From the NCBI RefSeq assembly GCF_000315625.1, contig NW_005434668.1, forward strand, positions 874,533 through 938,532: a stretch of 64,000 nucleotides of DNA, written 5' to 3'. Source of the stretch: Guillardia theta CCMP2712. Lineage: Eukaryota; Protista; Cryptophyta. The notes beneath the pieces were generated by a model. That model searched no databases and was not told the DNA's origin. It was given only the letters and a program-made list of their open reading frames with translations. The translations under genes and the position numbers were made by a program. Below, in pieces: positions 24,995 to 38,324 of this stretch. The first letter of the stretch is position 1, and every line of letters begins with the position of its first letter.

Positions 24995-27946
24995 TCACTG
25001 CCCCTTCCTCGGGGTCTCCGTTGGCACATCCTCTCGCTCAGCTGCCTTCTCCTCCTCGTTCACTCGAGCTGCTTCTCCTTCGCCGGTAGCCTGTTGCTTG
25101 TCCTCGCCCGTAGCTTTGTCCTCCTCGCCCTTGGCCTTTTCCTCTTCAGGAGCTGCCTTCTCTTCACCAGCTCCCTTCACCGTGCCAGCAACCTCCTCCA
25201 TTTCTTGATCAGTCACCTTCTGCTGCTCCGGGTCAGCAGACTTCTCTCCTTCCGTAAGAGGGACAGGTTTGCTCGTGTCCGACTTCGCCGGCTCCATGAC
25301 GGAGTCGAAGTCCTTGTTGAGCTGCTGAGGGACGACAGGCTCCTGTCCTGGAGATTCCATGTCTTCGGGCTCACGGGCGACCACCTGAGGACTTTCTTCT
25401 TGCTTCTGTTCCGACATGTCGCGGATGTGACGATTGACGGGATGAATCGTAAGTTTGGCGAAGGTGCCGGCAGTGTTTCCCTTGACAAGCCTCCCAGGGT
25501 TCACACACAGCACGTCGCTAGCTCTTTTGGCGTAAGCGCAGAGATGTGAAGGGACGATAAGAACATCAGGGGTGTTCTGGAACTCAAGATGGTGATAGTT
25601 GCTCATAGCGAGCTGTGCTCCTTCTGCGGGAGGAAAGAGAGGATAAAAAGATTTCTGAAGGCGAAAGTCAGCGCACAAAATCGTTCACTGACCATGCAAA
25701 GATTGACCTGCTGAATGAGATGGTTGATCACCCGAGAGATTCTGTCTCCGTTAGAGATAGACGACTCGCATCCACAGATGTGCCTGACGATGTCCGTGGT
25801 CGTCACTCCGACGACGACCTCATTGATACGGAACATGCAAGGGTTGCCCATCATGCATAGAGAGACATCCATTGCGTTTTCTTGGTCAGAATGCAGCACC
25901 TGGAAAGCCGTCAGGACACACCAGTGCACGTAAGATTATTTTGCCTCGAATTCATCAAATGGAGGCTGGGGAAAAGTGTGTCTTGTATGCAAATCTTCGA
26001 GCGAAGGAACAATAATGCAAGTCGTCGACTGATTCAAACCTTGACGGATTCGTTCTCTCATGACGTTACGGACAAGCGTCAAAGTGTCTGGAGGATCGCC
26101 ATTGCTGAAACCTCCCGGGGTCCCGGCCTTGGATGGGTCGAGCAATCGATGCTGGTAGTCGACGAAAGGTCCGCAGAGGACCAGTACGTCTGGAGATTCT
26201 TTCCGCACGTACTCTAGCAAATCGTCCAGCGGAGAATAATTCAAGTCAGCACTGCAGGCACATGGTGAGGAGGATTTACAAAAGACTGCAAAGGAAACCT
26301 CGTGGTGTAGGGCCCAGAGGCCGCTACTATGCTCAGAGGTTGACCTCCAAGGAATTCTTTGGTTTCGTTGAAAATTGCCATCTGACCGGCGGGAGTCTTC
26401 ATGAGCGGAACTGAAGCATCCGAGTGAATCGAATGTGCAACAATGCAGTTTCCATCAGCATTTGTTCCGTGAATCACGACAATCTGTTCATATAAGGTCA
26501 ACGACTGTAAAATTGCTTTCAGTTTCACCTGTCCCGGAAACACCGCAAACTCTCCGCTTCTGGAAAGGTCCAGCTATAATCATGCGTTAATCTTTGACTT
26601 TCCACTACTGCAATCACCTTCACTCGTCGCCCATTCACTCCCTCAATAAACACCGAAGTTGCATTTATGAGGCCGGAATCCCCTTCAACACAAATCCTTC
26701 CACAGAACCACGCCAAATCTTGGGAGGGTGCATTGACCGGACTCAAACTGAAAGATTCTCCTGCCTTTTCAGCCTTCTCTTTCAACTGCAAAGGGTAGAA
26801 GGAATTGAGACCTTGAACCGTTAAGATAGCCAGGCTAACCTTCTCATTCTCGACGATTCTATCCGTATTTTCCATCAGACGATTCCTCAACGAGATGCAT
26901 TTCTGCTCTACTTTTTCAAACATGTATCTCCCAAATCCTCTTCCATTATCCTGCATCGCATCAGAAATAAATCGTTAGAAAAATTCTACATCACCGTCAA
27001 CCCTTGGAGTTGCTTTACTTCGCAGCGGCTCGATTCAGAGGATCCCCTTGAAGGTGCAGACGGCAAAGCCTGATGATGGGACATTAGCCACGGGACAACA
27101 AGAAGACAAGCTTGGAACCAGACCTCGTTGACGCTCTGGAAAACTTGAAGCTTATTGGATCTTCCAGAATACTTGGCTGAATCTGGAGTCTCACCCTGCA
27201 TCTTGGTGTCAAATAATGCGCATTGGAACACAGAATACTGACCATAGGAGACACAAGCTGGCTTGGCGTTGAAGGGAGGCACCGTAACTTTGAGCTTGAA
27301 GATGCTTGGAAATTTGCTCGGCGCTTCAATGGTGTAACAAAACTGTCCTTCGGAAGTTGATTCGCAGAATTCGCCTCCAATTTCAACTTTGATGAAATCT
27401 CAATTTGTCGGCAGTAACATAGGAATGCATCAGCTCACATGTACATCTCCGCCGTAGTTTGCAGCCATAGTTGATGACAAGCTCTCTTGTAACATGGAGA
27501 TAGATTCCTTGGTGTACAACTTCGATACCCCGACTCTACGGCTAGTTCTGCCCCCATCGAGATCTCGTGAGCATTGTGTTGATTGGAATCAGAACAAAAC
27601 ATCACCTCTGACCCTTCTTGTCAGATTTTCTGGAGAAGGAAAGTTTCAACGCTTGTAGATGTTCGACACGAGGTGGACCATCGATCGCGAGCTGAAAGTT
27701 GTCAGTGAAGTCTCGAGAGGTAAACAGCACAGGTCACCTGATCTGCATGGGATTCCCATCTGAAGCCTAGATCGGTGGCGGAGAAGTCGAACGTCTCACA
27801 CAGCTCGACACCTTCATCGAGGTGAGGAGAGAGTATCTCAACGGACATGAGTCTTTACATTGACCAATCAGTTCGTCCTGCCCCTGGATGTCGTGCCCCA
27901 GAGCCTTGAAGGTGTTGACGATCTCGGCTTCAGAGACGACCTTCAT
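24995..27946 (-). CDS. POLA2: DNA polymerase alpha subunit B
   Basis: RYMFEK, GRICVEG, FPGQIVVIHGTN, VAASGPYTT, PDVLVLCGPFVD, IIVPSLED..FPQPPF, GNPCMFRINEVVVGVTTTD, SFYPLFPP, PDVLIVPS, VNPGRL. Confidence 0.93.
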
Positions 27947-28379
27947 GTCTGCAATGCGTGAGAGGTCAACTCGTTGACACAGCTGTACAGCACGAGAGGT
28001 TGTAGTTTAGTGAGAACACGACTGTTCCTTCGCTGCAATCCCACTTCTACCGCAGAGTCCCTTCATGGACCTTCAAAACTACCAAACAGACAAAATGGCA
28101 TCCATGCCTCCAAATACGTATGATCACGAACTGCATGGCTCTGATACATGACTACACCTTGCCCTGCCGATCTGAGCACTCCTTTAACCTCCGGATTCTG
28201 CGGAATTCTGCCGATAATAGGACAGCAAGCATCGATTCTTTCCCATCCCACCTCGGCACTTCATCCTCTAACTCTGAAAATCCTCTTCAAGTATGTACTG
28301 CTCCCATCCCCCTCCTCCTCTCCTGCCGCCATCCCAAACACGCCTCTCCCGCGCATTTTCCGCCGACGGGAGATTTGGC

Positions 28380-28530
28380 GGGAAGGGTAGTGGCACATGG
28401 CATTCTGGCCTGGTGGGGTAGGGTACTCGGTTTGATACCTTACAGGGGTACTTTGAATGAGGAAAGAGGGGGTTCAGATTAACGACCAGGGTACGGTTCA
28501 GGGGAGGGGTGCGAGGGGGATGAAGTATTG
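28380..28530 (+). promoter_or_regulatory. GGGTA-rich tract in the divergent POLA2/glycosyltransferase intergenic region
   Basis: gggtag, ggggtagggtac, ggggtac, gggtac motifs. Confidence 0.4.
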
Positions 28531-28695
28531 TGCTGTATGAGTAGAAGCGCCCATTCAGAACGGACCCACATGAACAGCATGGCTAGAGCGAGAGGGCTGA
28601 GAACAATCTCCTGTAAAACTCAACGACAGTCCAAGGTGAAAGCAGTTTAAGGTCGAGTGTAAGAACATGAACAAGTCATGGGATGTCAGCTAGTG

Positions 28696-28696
28696 C

Positions 28697-28733
<37 letters not shown>
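28696..28733. repeat. (CAA)n microsatellite
   Basis: Read directly from the sequence. Confidence 0.95.
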
Positions 28734-28833
28734 GCAAGTAAGGTATGGGGACACACGAAGGAGCCCTCAATCAATGATACGAGTCTTTAGACTTTGGTAG
28801 ATTTCTACGTCTGTCAGATTTAATCCCCTTGCG

Positions 28834-31800
28834 ATGTTTTTGAATCGCACAACTGTGCTTTTTGCCTTCTCCCTGGTCCTCTGCTGCTCGATATCTATGT
28901 GCAATGATGTTGATGAAAGCGATTCTGGCCCGTACATAAGTGCAATCATGTGTGGACGAAACGACTTTCGACGAGGAGACTTTGTTGGCCGCTTGCAGAA
29001 TTCTTTGGATTTCTTGTCCTTTCAATCCAAGGAATCGGGATTGACAATGGAAGTCATCGTTGTCGAATGGAACCCCTTCCTTGACACTCCATCCTTGGCA
29101 ACGCTGGTGCGAAAACCTCCCGAGTCTCATCTCAGTGTCAGGATCATCACCGTCGACAAGGCATTTCATGATCAACACGTGCTCGGGTCAGGGCAAGACT
29201 TCTTCGAGTTCATGGCCAAGAACGTCGGCGCTCGCAGAGCCCGCGGAAAGTTCATTCTCATCACCAACGGTGACGTCATCCTCAACGACGCTCTCTTCGA
29301 GATGCTCGCCTCCCGCCGCCTCCAGCAGGACGCCTTCTACCGCATCGCCCGCACAGACCTGCCGGGGATGATGGACCCTCTCTCGCCGCTGGCCATGCGG
29401 CTGTCGGCGGTCTCAGAGCTCGTGGAGATGCTCAAGCCGGAGAGGACGTGCGCGCGGGGAGAGAAGGAGTGTCCGGGGGAGTACAACAGGGGGATCTGCG
29501 AGAGCGGGGGGGCGCTAGAGGGGGAGGCGCGAGGGAGGCACGAGGGGGACCGGGACGCGGCGTATCTACCGGCAGCAGGAGACTTCTTCCTGGCGTCACG
29601 GGAGGTATTCCATCGGCTCGGGGGGTACCACCAGGTACCGAGCACGACGCACTTGGACTCGCTGCTGGTGTGCAAGGCACGGGGGCTGGGGGTACGCCAG
29701 GTGGTGCTGCTGCAGCCTTGCATGATGCTCCACCAGCGTCATCCGGCTCCGATGCAGTCGCTACGATACATATATCCCGGTTGGGAGCTGAGCGAAGAGA
29801 ACTGCAAGGCGAAGGAGGAGGAGGCGAGGAGCTTCATGGCGGGGCTAGGAGGGGAGGGAAGGAGGGGAGAGGAGGAGTGCGGGGGGTCAGGGGCGAGCAT
29901 GAACTGCGAGTGGGGGTATCCAGGGGAGAGGTTTAGGGAGGAGGAGGTAGGGGAGGCGGGGGCAGGGGACTGGCAGTTCCTGACACACGGGGGGAACAAC
30001 GACGAGGACGTGGAAGTGCTGGTGCGGGACTGGTCTGTCAATATGCATGACAGGCTCAAAGTGATTCGCAACTCGCTGAATAGCGGCGTCATGGCGGACT
30101 CGATCTGGAAGCAGATGTACGTGCTGGCCCTGTTGCGGAGTGTTGCAGCTGCAACCGCTGAGCAGTCAAGGTGAAGTTCGGCCTCAACTGCTCGGAGAGT
30201 GACATCACCCTGCAGGGCCTGCAGTCTCGAAGTTTATTCCCGATGGCAGGAAGATTACCCTTCCATGGACATCGGAGACTGGTACAGGATGTATGGGACC
30301 AAGACTTGTAGGGACCCTGTCCCGATGATTTCTCCGTGGGAGGAGAATCGATCAGCACCGACTCGAGGAGAGACATGCGGGGCCGGGCTGAGGGACGAGA
30401 ACTTGTACTTGAGCATCGTGGCATCGGGAAGGTATGATGACCTGCGAGGAGATTTTCCCGGCAGACTGCAGAACTTGATTGACATCACATCTGCGCTGGC
30501 TGACGCATATCTTCTCCCTGTGGAGATGATAATTGTAGAATGGAATCCCACGTACATCTACAGCGGAGGGAAGAAACACACAGTCAAGCTCAGTGACTTG
30601 CTGAAGAAGCCCGAGAATTCCTCTCTTGCCGTCAGAGTTGTCACCGTCGATCAGGACTTTCATCTGCGATCTGGAGGAAGGGGGTCAGCAAATTTCCTCC
30701 AGTTTGCGGCCAAGAACGTCGGCGCTCGCAGAGCCCGCGGAAAGTTCATCCTCATCACCAACGGTGACGTCATCCTCAACGACGCTCTCTTCGAGATGCT
30801 CGCCTCCCGCCGCCTCCAGCAGGACGCCTTCTACCGCATCGTCCGCACAGACCTGCCGGGGATGATGGACCCTCTCTCGCCGCTGGCCATGCGGCTGTCG
30901 GCGGTCTCAGAGCTCGTGGAGATGCTCAAGCCGGAGAGGACGTGCGCGCGGGGAGAGAAGGAGTGTCCGGGGGAGTACAACAGGGGGATCTGCGAGAGCG
31001 GGGGGGCGCTAGAGGGGGAGGCGCGAGGGAGGCACGAGGGGGACCGGGACGCGGCGTATCTACCGGCAGCAGGAGACTTCTTCCTGGCGTCACGGGAGGT
31101 ATTCCATCGGCTCGGGGGGTACCACCAGGTACCGAGCACGACGCACTTGGACTCGCTGCTGGTGTGCAAGGCACGGGGGCTGGGGGTACGCCAGGTGGTG
31201 CTGCTGCAGCCTTGCATGATGCTCCACCAGCGTCACCCGGCTCCCGTACCAGAGATGAACTATATCCACACAGGCTGGGAGCTGAGCGAGGAGAACTGCA
31301 AGGCGAAGGAGGAGGAGGCGAGGAGCTTCATGGCGGGGCTAGGAGGGGAGGGGAGGAGGGGAGAGGAGGAGTGCGGGGGGTCAGGGGCGAGCATGAACTG
31401 CGAGTGGGGGTATCCAGGGGAGAGGTTTAGGGAGGAGGAGGTAGGGGAGGCGAGGGCAGGGAACTGGCAGCACTTGAGTTCATCAGGATATTCAGATCTA
31501 GTGGAGCGACTGAGGAAGCAGGGAGGGGCCCTGCATTCAAGTGATGAGGCAGCGCTCAAAGCGGGAAGGAAGCGATCGAGAGGGCACGAAGAGAACTTTC
31601 GGGTCGTGTTCTGCGTTGCGACGACGCCACAGCGGGTCAACCAGATAGGAGGAGTGCTCGACTCGATCAAGGGACAAGATTTCCACCCGGACACGATCTA
31701 CCTCTCTCTGGTCGATGTCGTGGATGTCCCAAAGTGGATCTTAGAGGACCGGCGGATCCACGTCATCACTCATCCTCCTACAGACGGTCATAGTGGTGAC

Positions 31801-32547
31801 TTGGGCCCCATCCACAAGCTCCTGGATTGCGCTGGACGGGAAAACGAGGCCAACACAGCTATCATCACGTTTGATGACGACATGTAAGCTTCGATGCTTT
31901 CCGCTGTGATGAAGTGAGGGAATGGATGTGCAGGATTCTTTCCCCGATGCTAGCAGGTCGTCTTGTTCAGGCTAGCAAGAGATGGCCGGAAGCTGCGATA
32001 GGATTTTCAGGTTGGAACGTCGACAAGTTCAAGTTCAGGTCTCCTCCTTCCTTCGAGCCCGAAGATTTCATCGGGCAGCACACGGTGAGAGAAGGATCAG
32101 AACCGATACATACAAGCGATTGACGTCATTTCTTGCCCGATCAGCCCTGGAACCTTCTGCCTAGCCGTGTGGACGTGCTCGAGGGGTACGCGGGTGTCAT
32201 GTAAGGGCGACTTACTTACCTGTCGCACTTGACTAACACGCTACAGATATCGACGAGGATTGCTGGACCTCGACGGCATTGCCACCATCGTCAACGGACC
32301 GCAAGCAGCTCGTTATGCTGATGACGTCTGGATCAGCGGCTTCCTGTCCGCGTGGGAGATTCCAAGGATGGTCATTACAGTGAGAGAGGAAGGACCCCTC
32401 GAAGTGAAGGAAACAGGCATGTCGTTCAAAGTGATGTTCGGAGAGCTGTGGAAACATGCAGAGCTTGTCACGGATCGTCTCAGGAACCATGGCGATCGAG
32501 CGTTGAGGAACCAGCGAGTCGTGCAGCACTTCGACGGGTTATGGTAG
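28834..32547 (+). CDS. Secretory-pathway protein with three GT-A-fold glycosyltransferase-like domains
   Basis: Signal peptide; two domains with GRxD..GDF.GRLQN, IVEWNP, KNVGARRARGKFILITNGD and AAGDF; third domain ATTPQR..DLGPIHKL..IITFDDD..VLEGYAG..ADDVWISG. An intron at ~30171-30214 joins the two long ORFs. Confidence 0.8.
29214..29970 (+). repeat. Copy 1 of an intragenic direct repeat (~750 bp)
   Basis: Nearly identical to 30708-31464 (offset 1494). Confidence 0.95.
30708..31464 (+). repeat. Copy 2 of the intragenic direct repeat
   Basis: Nearly identical to 29214-29970. Confidence 0.95.
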
Positions 32548-32795
32548 GAATCAGTCGGGAAGAGCCTCATCTTGATTTAACGCGTGCTGCGTGTAAACTT
32601 TGTGTGAATGGCCGAGGTAGATGTTTTCACTCTCATCGTGCCTAGAGCAGATCAGTCTGTTTCTCCTGCATACTGTCTGTATCATCAGCTTCTTGAGTGC
32701 TTCGTTTCGATCATCTTGATTTGGACCATGTGGTAGACCGCTCAATGTTTACCGACAAGTTCCAGCGAATGAACATGATTTTCTGAAATTTGTTT

Positions 32796-33408
32796 TTAAA
32801 TGTTGTCGAGAAGTTTCTGTATTTCAGGAGTATTCACTCCTTCTATTGTTTTTTTAAGGGCTCCTTTCTGCATGTGTACGATGTTCAACAACGGATTTTC
32901 GCAACAAGTTCCAAAGTTACCTTGTAGAACAAGAAGACCGGTTTCAGCTTATCCTTGTATTCTTTGAGAGATCCTATCTGTTATCAAGTCACACAAAGAT
33001 CCAATTGGGAAGCTCCAACCTTATCCGCTGCCGCACAACAAAACTTGATGTCCTCGTTATCTAGCGACGTGCGATACAACATAGGTTTGATGCACTCGCA
33101 AGGCCCCGCCCAACTCTGAAAGACCTCAACAACTAACAAGATGTCATAATTAATGATCAAGCTCATGACAGTGAAGACAAAAAGAAAATAATGAGTGGTT
33201 TGATCAGTGAGAACAGATCTACAATAGGACAAGCAATGGTCACAATCGGATAGTTCACGGGCCAAAATGAGAGAAAGACCGCGAGTGAGGCAAAGAGGAG
33301 GGAGATAGTTTCTCATCTGCACTCACAGACAAGATCGCCTCCTATCACATCCTTGAACGATGGCTCGTCCGTCACAACCGTTTGGAACTCTTTCACTTTC
33401 CCCGCCAT
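32796..33408 (-). CDS. Small thioredoxin-fold protein, outer-arm dynein light chain / NME8-NME9 N-domain type
   Basis: MAGKVKEFQTVVTDE.., LVVEVFQSWAGPCECIKP, IKFCCAAADK/IGSLKEYKDKLKPVFLFYK/KGALKKTIEGVNTP. Confidence 0.7.
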
Positions 33409-33538
33409 TGCGCCAGCCGTTGAGCAGCGATGTTCTGGTCGTTACGCATCGTTACGGACTGTGATCTGACCGTTGAAAATAAACGTTCGGTCAATCACTG
33501 AACTATCAAGCTTGTGAGCGGCGGCTCTGCTGCTCGCG

Positions 33539-36220
33539 ATGGCAGGCGAGACGGCGGGGGTGGGGCTCTTTTTCCAGCAGGTGAGGAGGCAATGGGAAGA
33601 GGATAAGTAGGAGGAGGAAGCTTATGAGGAGGAGGAGGAGGAGGAGGAGGAGAAGGAGGAGGAGGAGGAGGAGGAGGACCTCACCTAAGGTGCTCAGGAC
33701 GCCCAAGGGACCATCTTTGTGGCTTCCTTGACACCTGGAGCTGCGGCAGATCGAACTGGAGTGATCCAGGTGATCGGCTAGTTGACAGCTCGCAGCTTCA
33801 TGGCTGATTGCGCTGATTTCAGAAGGGAGACATCGTTCTGAAAGTTGATGACGTCACGGTGACTGGAATGAGTCTGGCCAAAGTCAGAGACTATGTGAGT
33901 GCGGCATAGTATTTCCCATTCGTTTGCAGAGCTTTATTCATTGCAAGCTTCGCATCTCCAGGTCTTGGGGCAGAGCGGTTCGGTCTGTTGCATCACGTTC
34001 CGTCGTCCCTCAGCAGCAAACAAGTTCTGCTATGACGTAGAGGGTTGTACGTCCTGTGCCCTAGTTGATATTTCCTTTTCATTACAGGCAGACCTTGTTC
34101 GTGGCAGCGGGGAATTTCTCGATGTAGGATCTACCTGAGATGTTGTGAGGCTCTGACTCCAGTTTGCAGGTCATCGAGAAGAACAACGATTATGCGGCTC
34201 AGAAAGACAAGCTCTCTCAGCTGTTACAGAGGAATCAGGTGCCTTGAAATCCCTCCAGCTTCCTCTTCTTTGATCGTCTTGCTTTCAGAAAGACATTCTG
34301 GCTGTAGAAGCGGATATAAACACCCTTTCCAACCATCCCCCGATGAAGGCACACGGCTTGTCGTATTGATGGCGCCGAAACGGTTTACACGTTCTCACAG
34401 ATTGAAGATCCACGAGTGAAGGAGCTAGCGAACGAGCTCAAGTCAAGAGTGAGCCACAATCCCTGCTCCTGCTATGGACATGACTGTGCATGACCTGGGC
34501 AGTCAGAGGATCTCCGACAGCTCCAAGAGACACGGATTCGGACCAAGGTCACTTCCCTCTCTCTCTCTTCCTACCTTGAGTTGGTGCGCGCAGGAGCGGC
34601 AGACAGACGCTGAAAGGAGGAGAATGGAGACGCAGACCCGTCTCGAGAGGGAGTGTGCGGAGAAGCTGAACATCGAATCCCGACTAAGGACCGGTCAGAC
34701 CTGGCTCTCTCCTCCATCGTCAAACTGATAATCCCTGTATAACAAACTTCAGTCAAGAACGAGAGCGCGGATTTCGAAAGGTTTCATCAATGTTTGAAGA
34801 GAGCGAGATATCTTGACAAAGCAATGAAGAGCATTCGAAGAAGAATTTGCACTGTGGAGAAATGTCCAAGAGAAACTGAAGCACGATGTCGAAATCGAGG
34901 TGATCTGTCACAGCAGAATGATCAAAGATGTTTGACTCGCCAACTGAGCAGGTCTCCTCCAAGCAATTAGCCGAAGAGGCGCTTTCACAGGCATTCTCAG
35001 CATGTGGAGAGCAGACTCATCTTTCTAACGAGGTGGACTTCAGGCCATGGTGCGATTCAACGACATGAAGGCTCAGATGTTGGACCTGAGGCTCAAGGAG
35101 CAACGCATCTCGCGCTGTCTCTCCAACGTGCATGATGCTCTCGATAAGGCATCGAGACTGAACGATGTCGTCGATCAAGTGAGTGCCGCCGCTCCTCTCA
35201 TCGTACTTGATAACTGTTGAAATCAGGAGCTCCATGCCTACACTCCTGCTCTTGACGCAGCGCAAGGATGGTTCTTGAACGAGCTAGTCACTACCCTGAG
35301 GTCTCCTCTCAACCTCCATGATCGCTGCGCCTGACCCGCCCTCACCTCTCAGAGCCAGCAAGTCAAGCATGCCGCCTATTCCACAACCCCCGTTGAGAGT
35401 CGTCATCAATAATCATCACTCCATGCGAGGAAGTCAAGCACCGTTTCCATCGCATGCAGCGGACTCATACTACAACAACGTGGAAAGGAATTTGTCCTTT
35501 GGCAACATGCCTGATAATACTCGATCGACTTCACAGACTGTCACAGGAAACACACAGCTCAACATGCCAGGGATGCCGCCACAGCAGCAGAATGTGATCC
35601 CAGCACCAAGAACGCCGAGGAGTCCGATGCACAACACAGAAGCCAATGCTGACATCGACATCGACAGCCTTGTGATGAAGTACGGACTGAACTTCGACGA
35701 TCATGGTTCTCATCTCTTGACTGCAACATGCTTCTGCACTTTTGACCCTCCCTCTCCCCCCCCCCCCCCCTTTCTCTCTCTCCCTCTCTCTCTCTCGCTC
35801 TCTTTGCCTTCCCCGTCCCCTCTCCCCTCTCTCCCTGTCGCTCTCTACAGGTTATGCCCCGCCGAAGCCTCCTGCAACTCCTCCTCGTCCCAAAGACCTG
35901 GAGGTAAGAGGTCCGCTCCCTCGGTAGTTCTGCTGACTCATAGATGAAGGTGTTGGCCTAAACTTCGCTAGTTCTGAAGTTTCGCTTTCGTTACAACAAA
36001 ATTCCTTATGCCGAATGATCAATCTTTCATCGGACTCATTAAATGCGAACTCATTAATCTTTCACGTAACAAATTGTCATGCTTGTTGTCATTCACATTA
36101 GTTGTAGCTGTGAAAGATCGTTACAGTGACGGTGAATAACGAGTTTATATTATCTTACAAAAGTGTGGAATGGAGAAGTGAATAACACAATCTTGCGTCA
36201 ACCGCAGGATCACATGTGAA
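33539..36220 (+). CDS. PDZ-domain coiled-coil protein; 3' end uncertain
   Basis: GVGLFF, IFVASLTPGAAADRTG, GDIVLKVDDVTVTG, VLGQSGS (PDZ), then coiled coil and a Pro-rich region over many short exons. Confidence 0.7.
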
Positions 36221-36299
36221 TTTCAAAGACTGTAAAGATGGGCAAGCAACATGTATGGATCTGTATACATCATGTCAGGCTTTAGAATGTATGACAGTC

Positions 36300-37810
36300 A
36301 GCCCTGCTCCTCCACACTCACGAGGATCAGAAGCAACAGGTGATAACCGACTGCAGCTCGGGGATGAACTTGCTTCCGTCTCCTTTTATTCCACAGAGGG
36401 TCTTTTGCTTTGCATCCTGACAACTGACAAACAAGATCAACCGGAACCCCCAAGGATGTGCGAGAGTTACGTGCACGGAGAGTTGCAGTTGCAATCGCAG
36501 ACACCTGAGAGCAGATCAGCACTAGCAGCCCCTTCCCTCCTCCTCCTCTCATCATCATCATCACCTCCATCATCATCTCCATCATCACCTCCATCATCAC
36601 CTCCATCATCATCTCCATCATCATCATCTTCATCATCATCTTCATCATCATCTCCATCATCATCATCTCCATCATCATCATACAGATATCTGGGTTCCAT
36701 CCTCCATCCGCCGGTGCTGGGTCTCTGTAACAGCTCCATCCCGAGCTTGACTCGACCTGACAGAACTCTGCGCGTGCAGTTGAGCAAGGCAAAGTCAAGC
36801 GATGTTGACTGACCGTTGCACCCGTCGTTAGTGCGCAGACTGTAGCCGAATAGAGGACTATTGCTTGTTGGGCACGAGGAGGTATTTGTATTGCATCCTT
36901 CAGTGTAGATATCTGTCAAGCATCACCAGTCAGAGCCATCCAGGTGATGGGGAAGGCAGGACTCACTTCCTCCCACCAGCCCGTTCACCGCCAGGTTTCC
37001 ATCGTCACATTGTTCCTTCCCAGCTCTGAAACCGGAGCCACACCAGCAACTGCTCGAGCTAATCACGGCACAAACTTATCGACGAGTCAGATCGCTCACT
37101 TGAACAAGACGGGGTCCGTTATCGTCCATGAGTCTGCGAGCCCTGATATGTGGCAACACTCCGTGTTGTTCAAGATTGTCATCTGCATGCTGCCTGACTG
37201 TAACGATAATCAGTCTGACAGCACTTGGTACTTGGTGTCTACGAATTTCAGACAAAGGTATTCAGCAAGTTGTAGACAACTTGGACCCAGCGCCTGGTGC
37301 AGCAACAGCTCCTGCACTTTGCTCAAGAAATCCTTTGTAAACATTAGCAAACTTTTCATAGCTTTGTACAATATCGCAACCTCGTTTCTCATGTGACCCC
37401 AAGACGGATCAAATGCACATTCCTGAATCGCTTGTTTTCGAGGATACACTTGAATGGAACTGGTGTTTTTATAATCGTTTTGGAGCTCGGTCCAGCAGCA
37501 TGGACATCTATTAGAGGTCGAGTGCTTGGTGAAGTCTTCGAAGTGTCAAGAAAATGTGTACAAGCCGACAGCATCGCATCACCTGTCCAGTGTTTCGGAT
37601 CTGACACAAGCTGTACAGGGCGTTTTGATTGATAACCTGTCAAAACCATGATTGTTTGCACACAAGACTCCACAGTTTCGTACAATTCTTTCACATTCCA
37701 TGCACCTGGAGGGCAACATCACGACTCAAGACCTCAGTGGATCACGGGAGCAACCTGCTCGTGATGTTCGGGGTGGTGTACAGGGCACCTGAGGCATTCC
37801 AGCATGCGCT
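36300..37810 (-). CDS. Hypothetical gene or genes: Cys-rich RING-like N-terminal part and a DUF4215 (Myxococcus Cys-rich repeat)-like C-terminal part
   Basis: CLRCMEC..C..NH..CPCC near the 5' end; CWCGSGFRAGKEQCDDGN...DGCN..FCQVESSSGWSC in the 3' exons; exon joining not fully resolved. Confidence 0.4.
36545..36682 (-). repeat. GAT/GGA satellite (gatgatgatgga units) starting at an intron donor
   Basis: Read directly; same unit as 46077-46265. Confidence 0.85.
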
Positions 37811-37904
37811 AACTCCATGAGTTGCCTGCAGGCGAACTCACGAGAGTTTCAATCTTGCTTGCATCCTCTCACCTCATAGAGGGCGGTAGAGTTCAAAATC
37901 TCTG

Positions 37905-38235
37905 CCATTCCCGCTACCCCCACCAGCCGCGTCACTATCACCATCGCTACCCATCCCTTCATCCTGTCGGGTTGTCTCTTAGGGGCCAGGCGACACCCTC
38001 ATCCCCCAACTGGACCTACAGGGCTCAGCTCTTGCGGTAGTGAAAGGTAGTTCCAGCCTGGGCTCAGGTCCAGGCTTCCGGGTGCTCCGATTCCGGTGAG
38101 GCTGGGCCCGGCCGTAGCCCGGCTCCGACGCGGCAAGCGGCCGCTGGAGTCCCTATATATCACCTCAAATCACCATTCCGTACTACCTCAGATCATCATG
38201 TGATCAGGGCCCGACTTTCCCGGGCCATATATAGA
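37905..38235 (-). promoter_or_regulatory. CpG-rich block (38050-38235) plus TACCC tract (37905-38040) upstream of a minus-strand gene
   Basis: Mirror-image order of the units at 10598 and 19487. Confidence 0.4.
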
Positions 38236-38324
38236 GTGAGGGAGCAGGCTACATACTGGAGTGATCTAGAAATGTGACAAAAACTTTTAAATCTTCTGCA
38301 AGTGAGGTGATCTCAAGTACTAGC

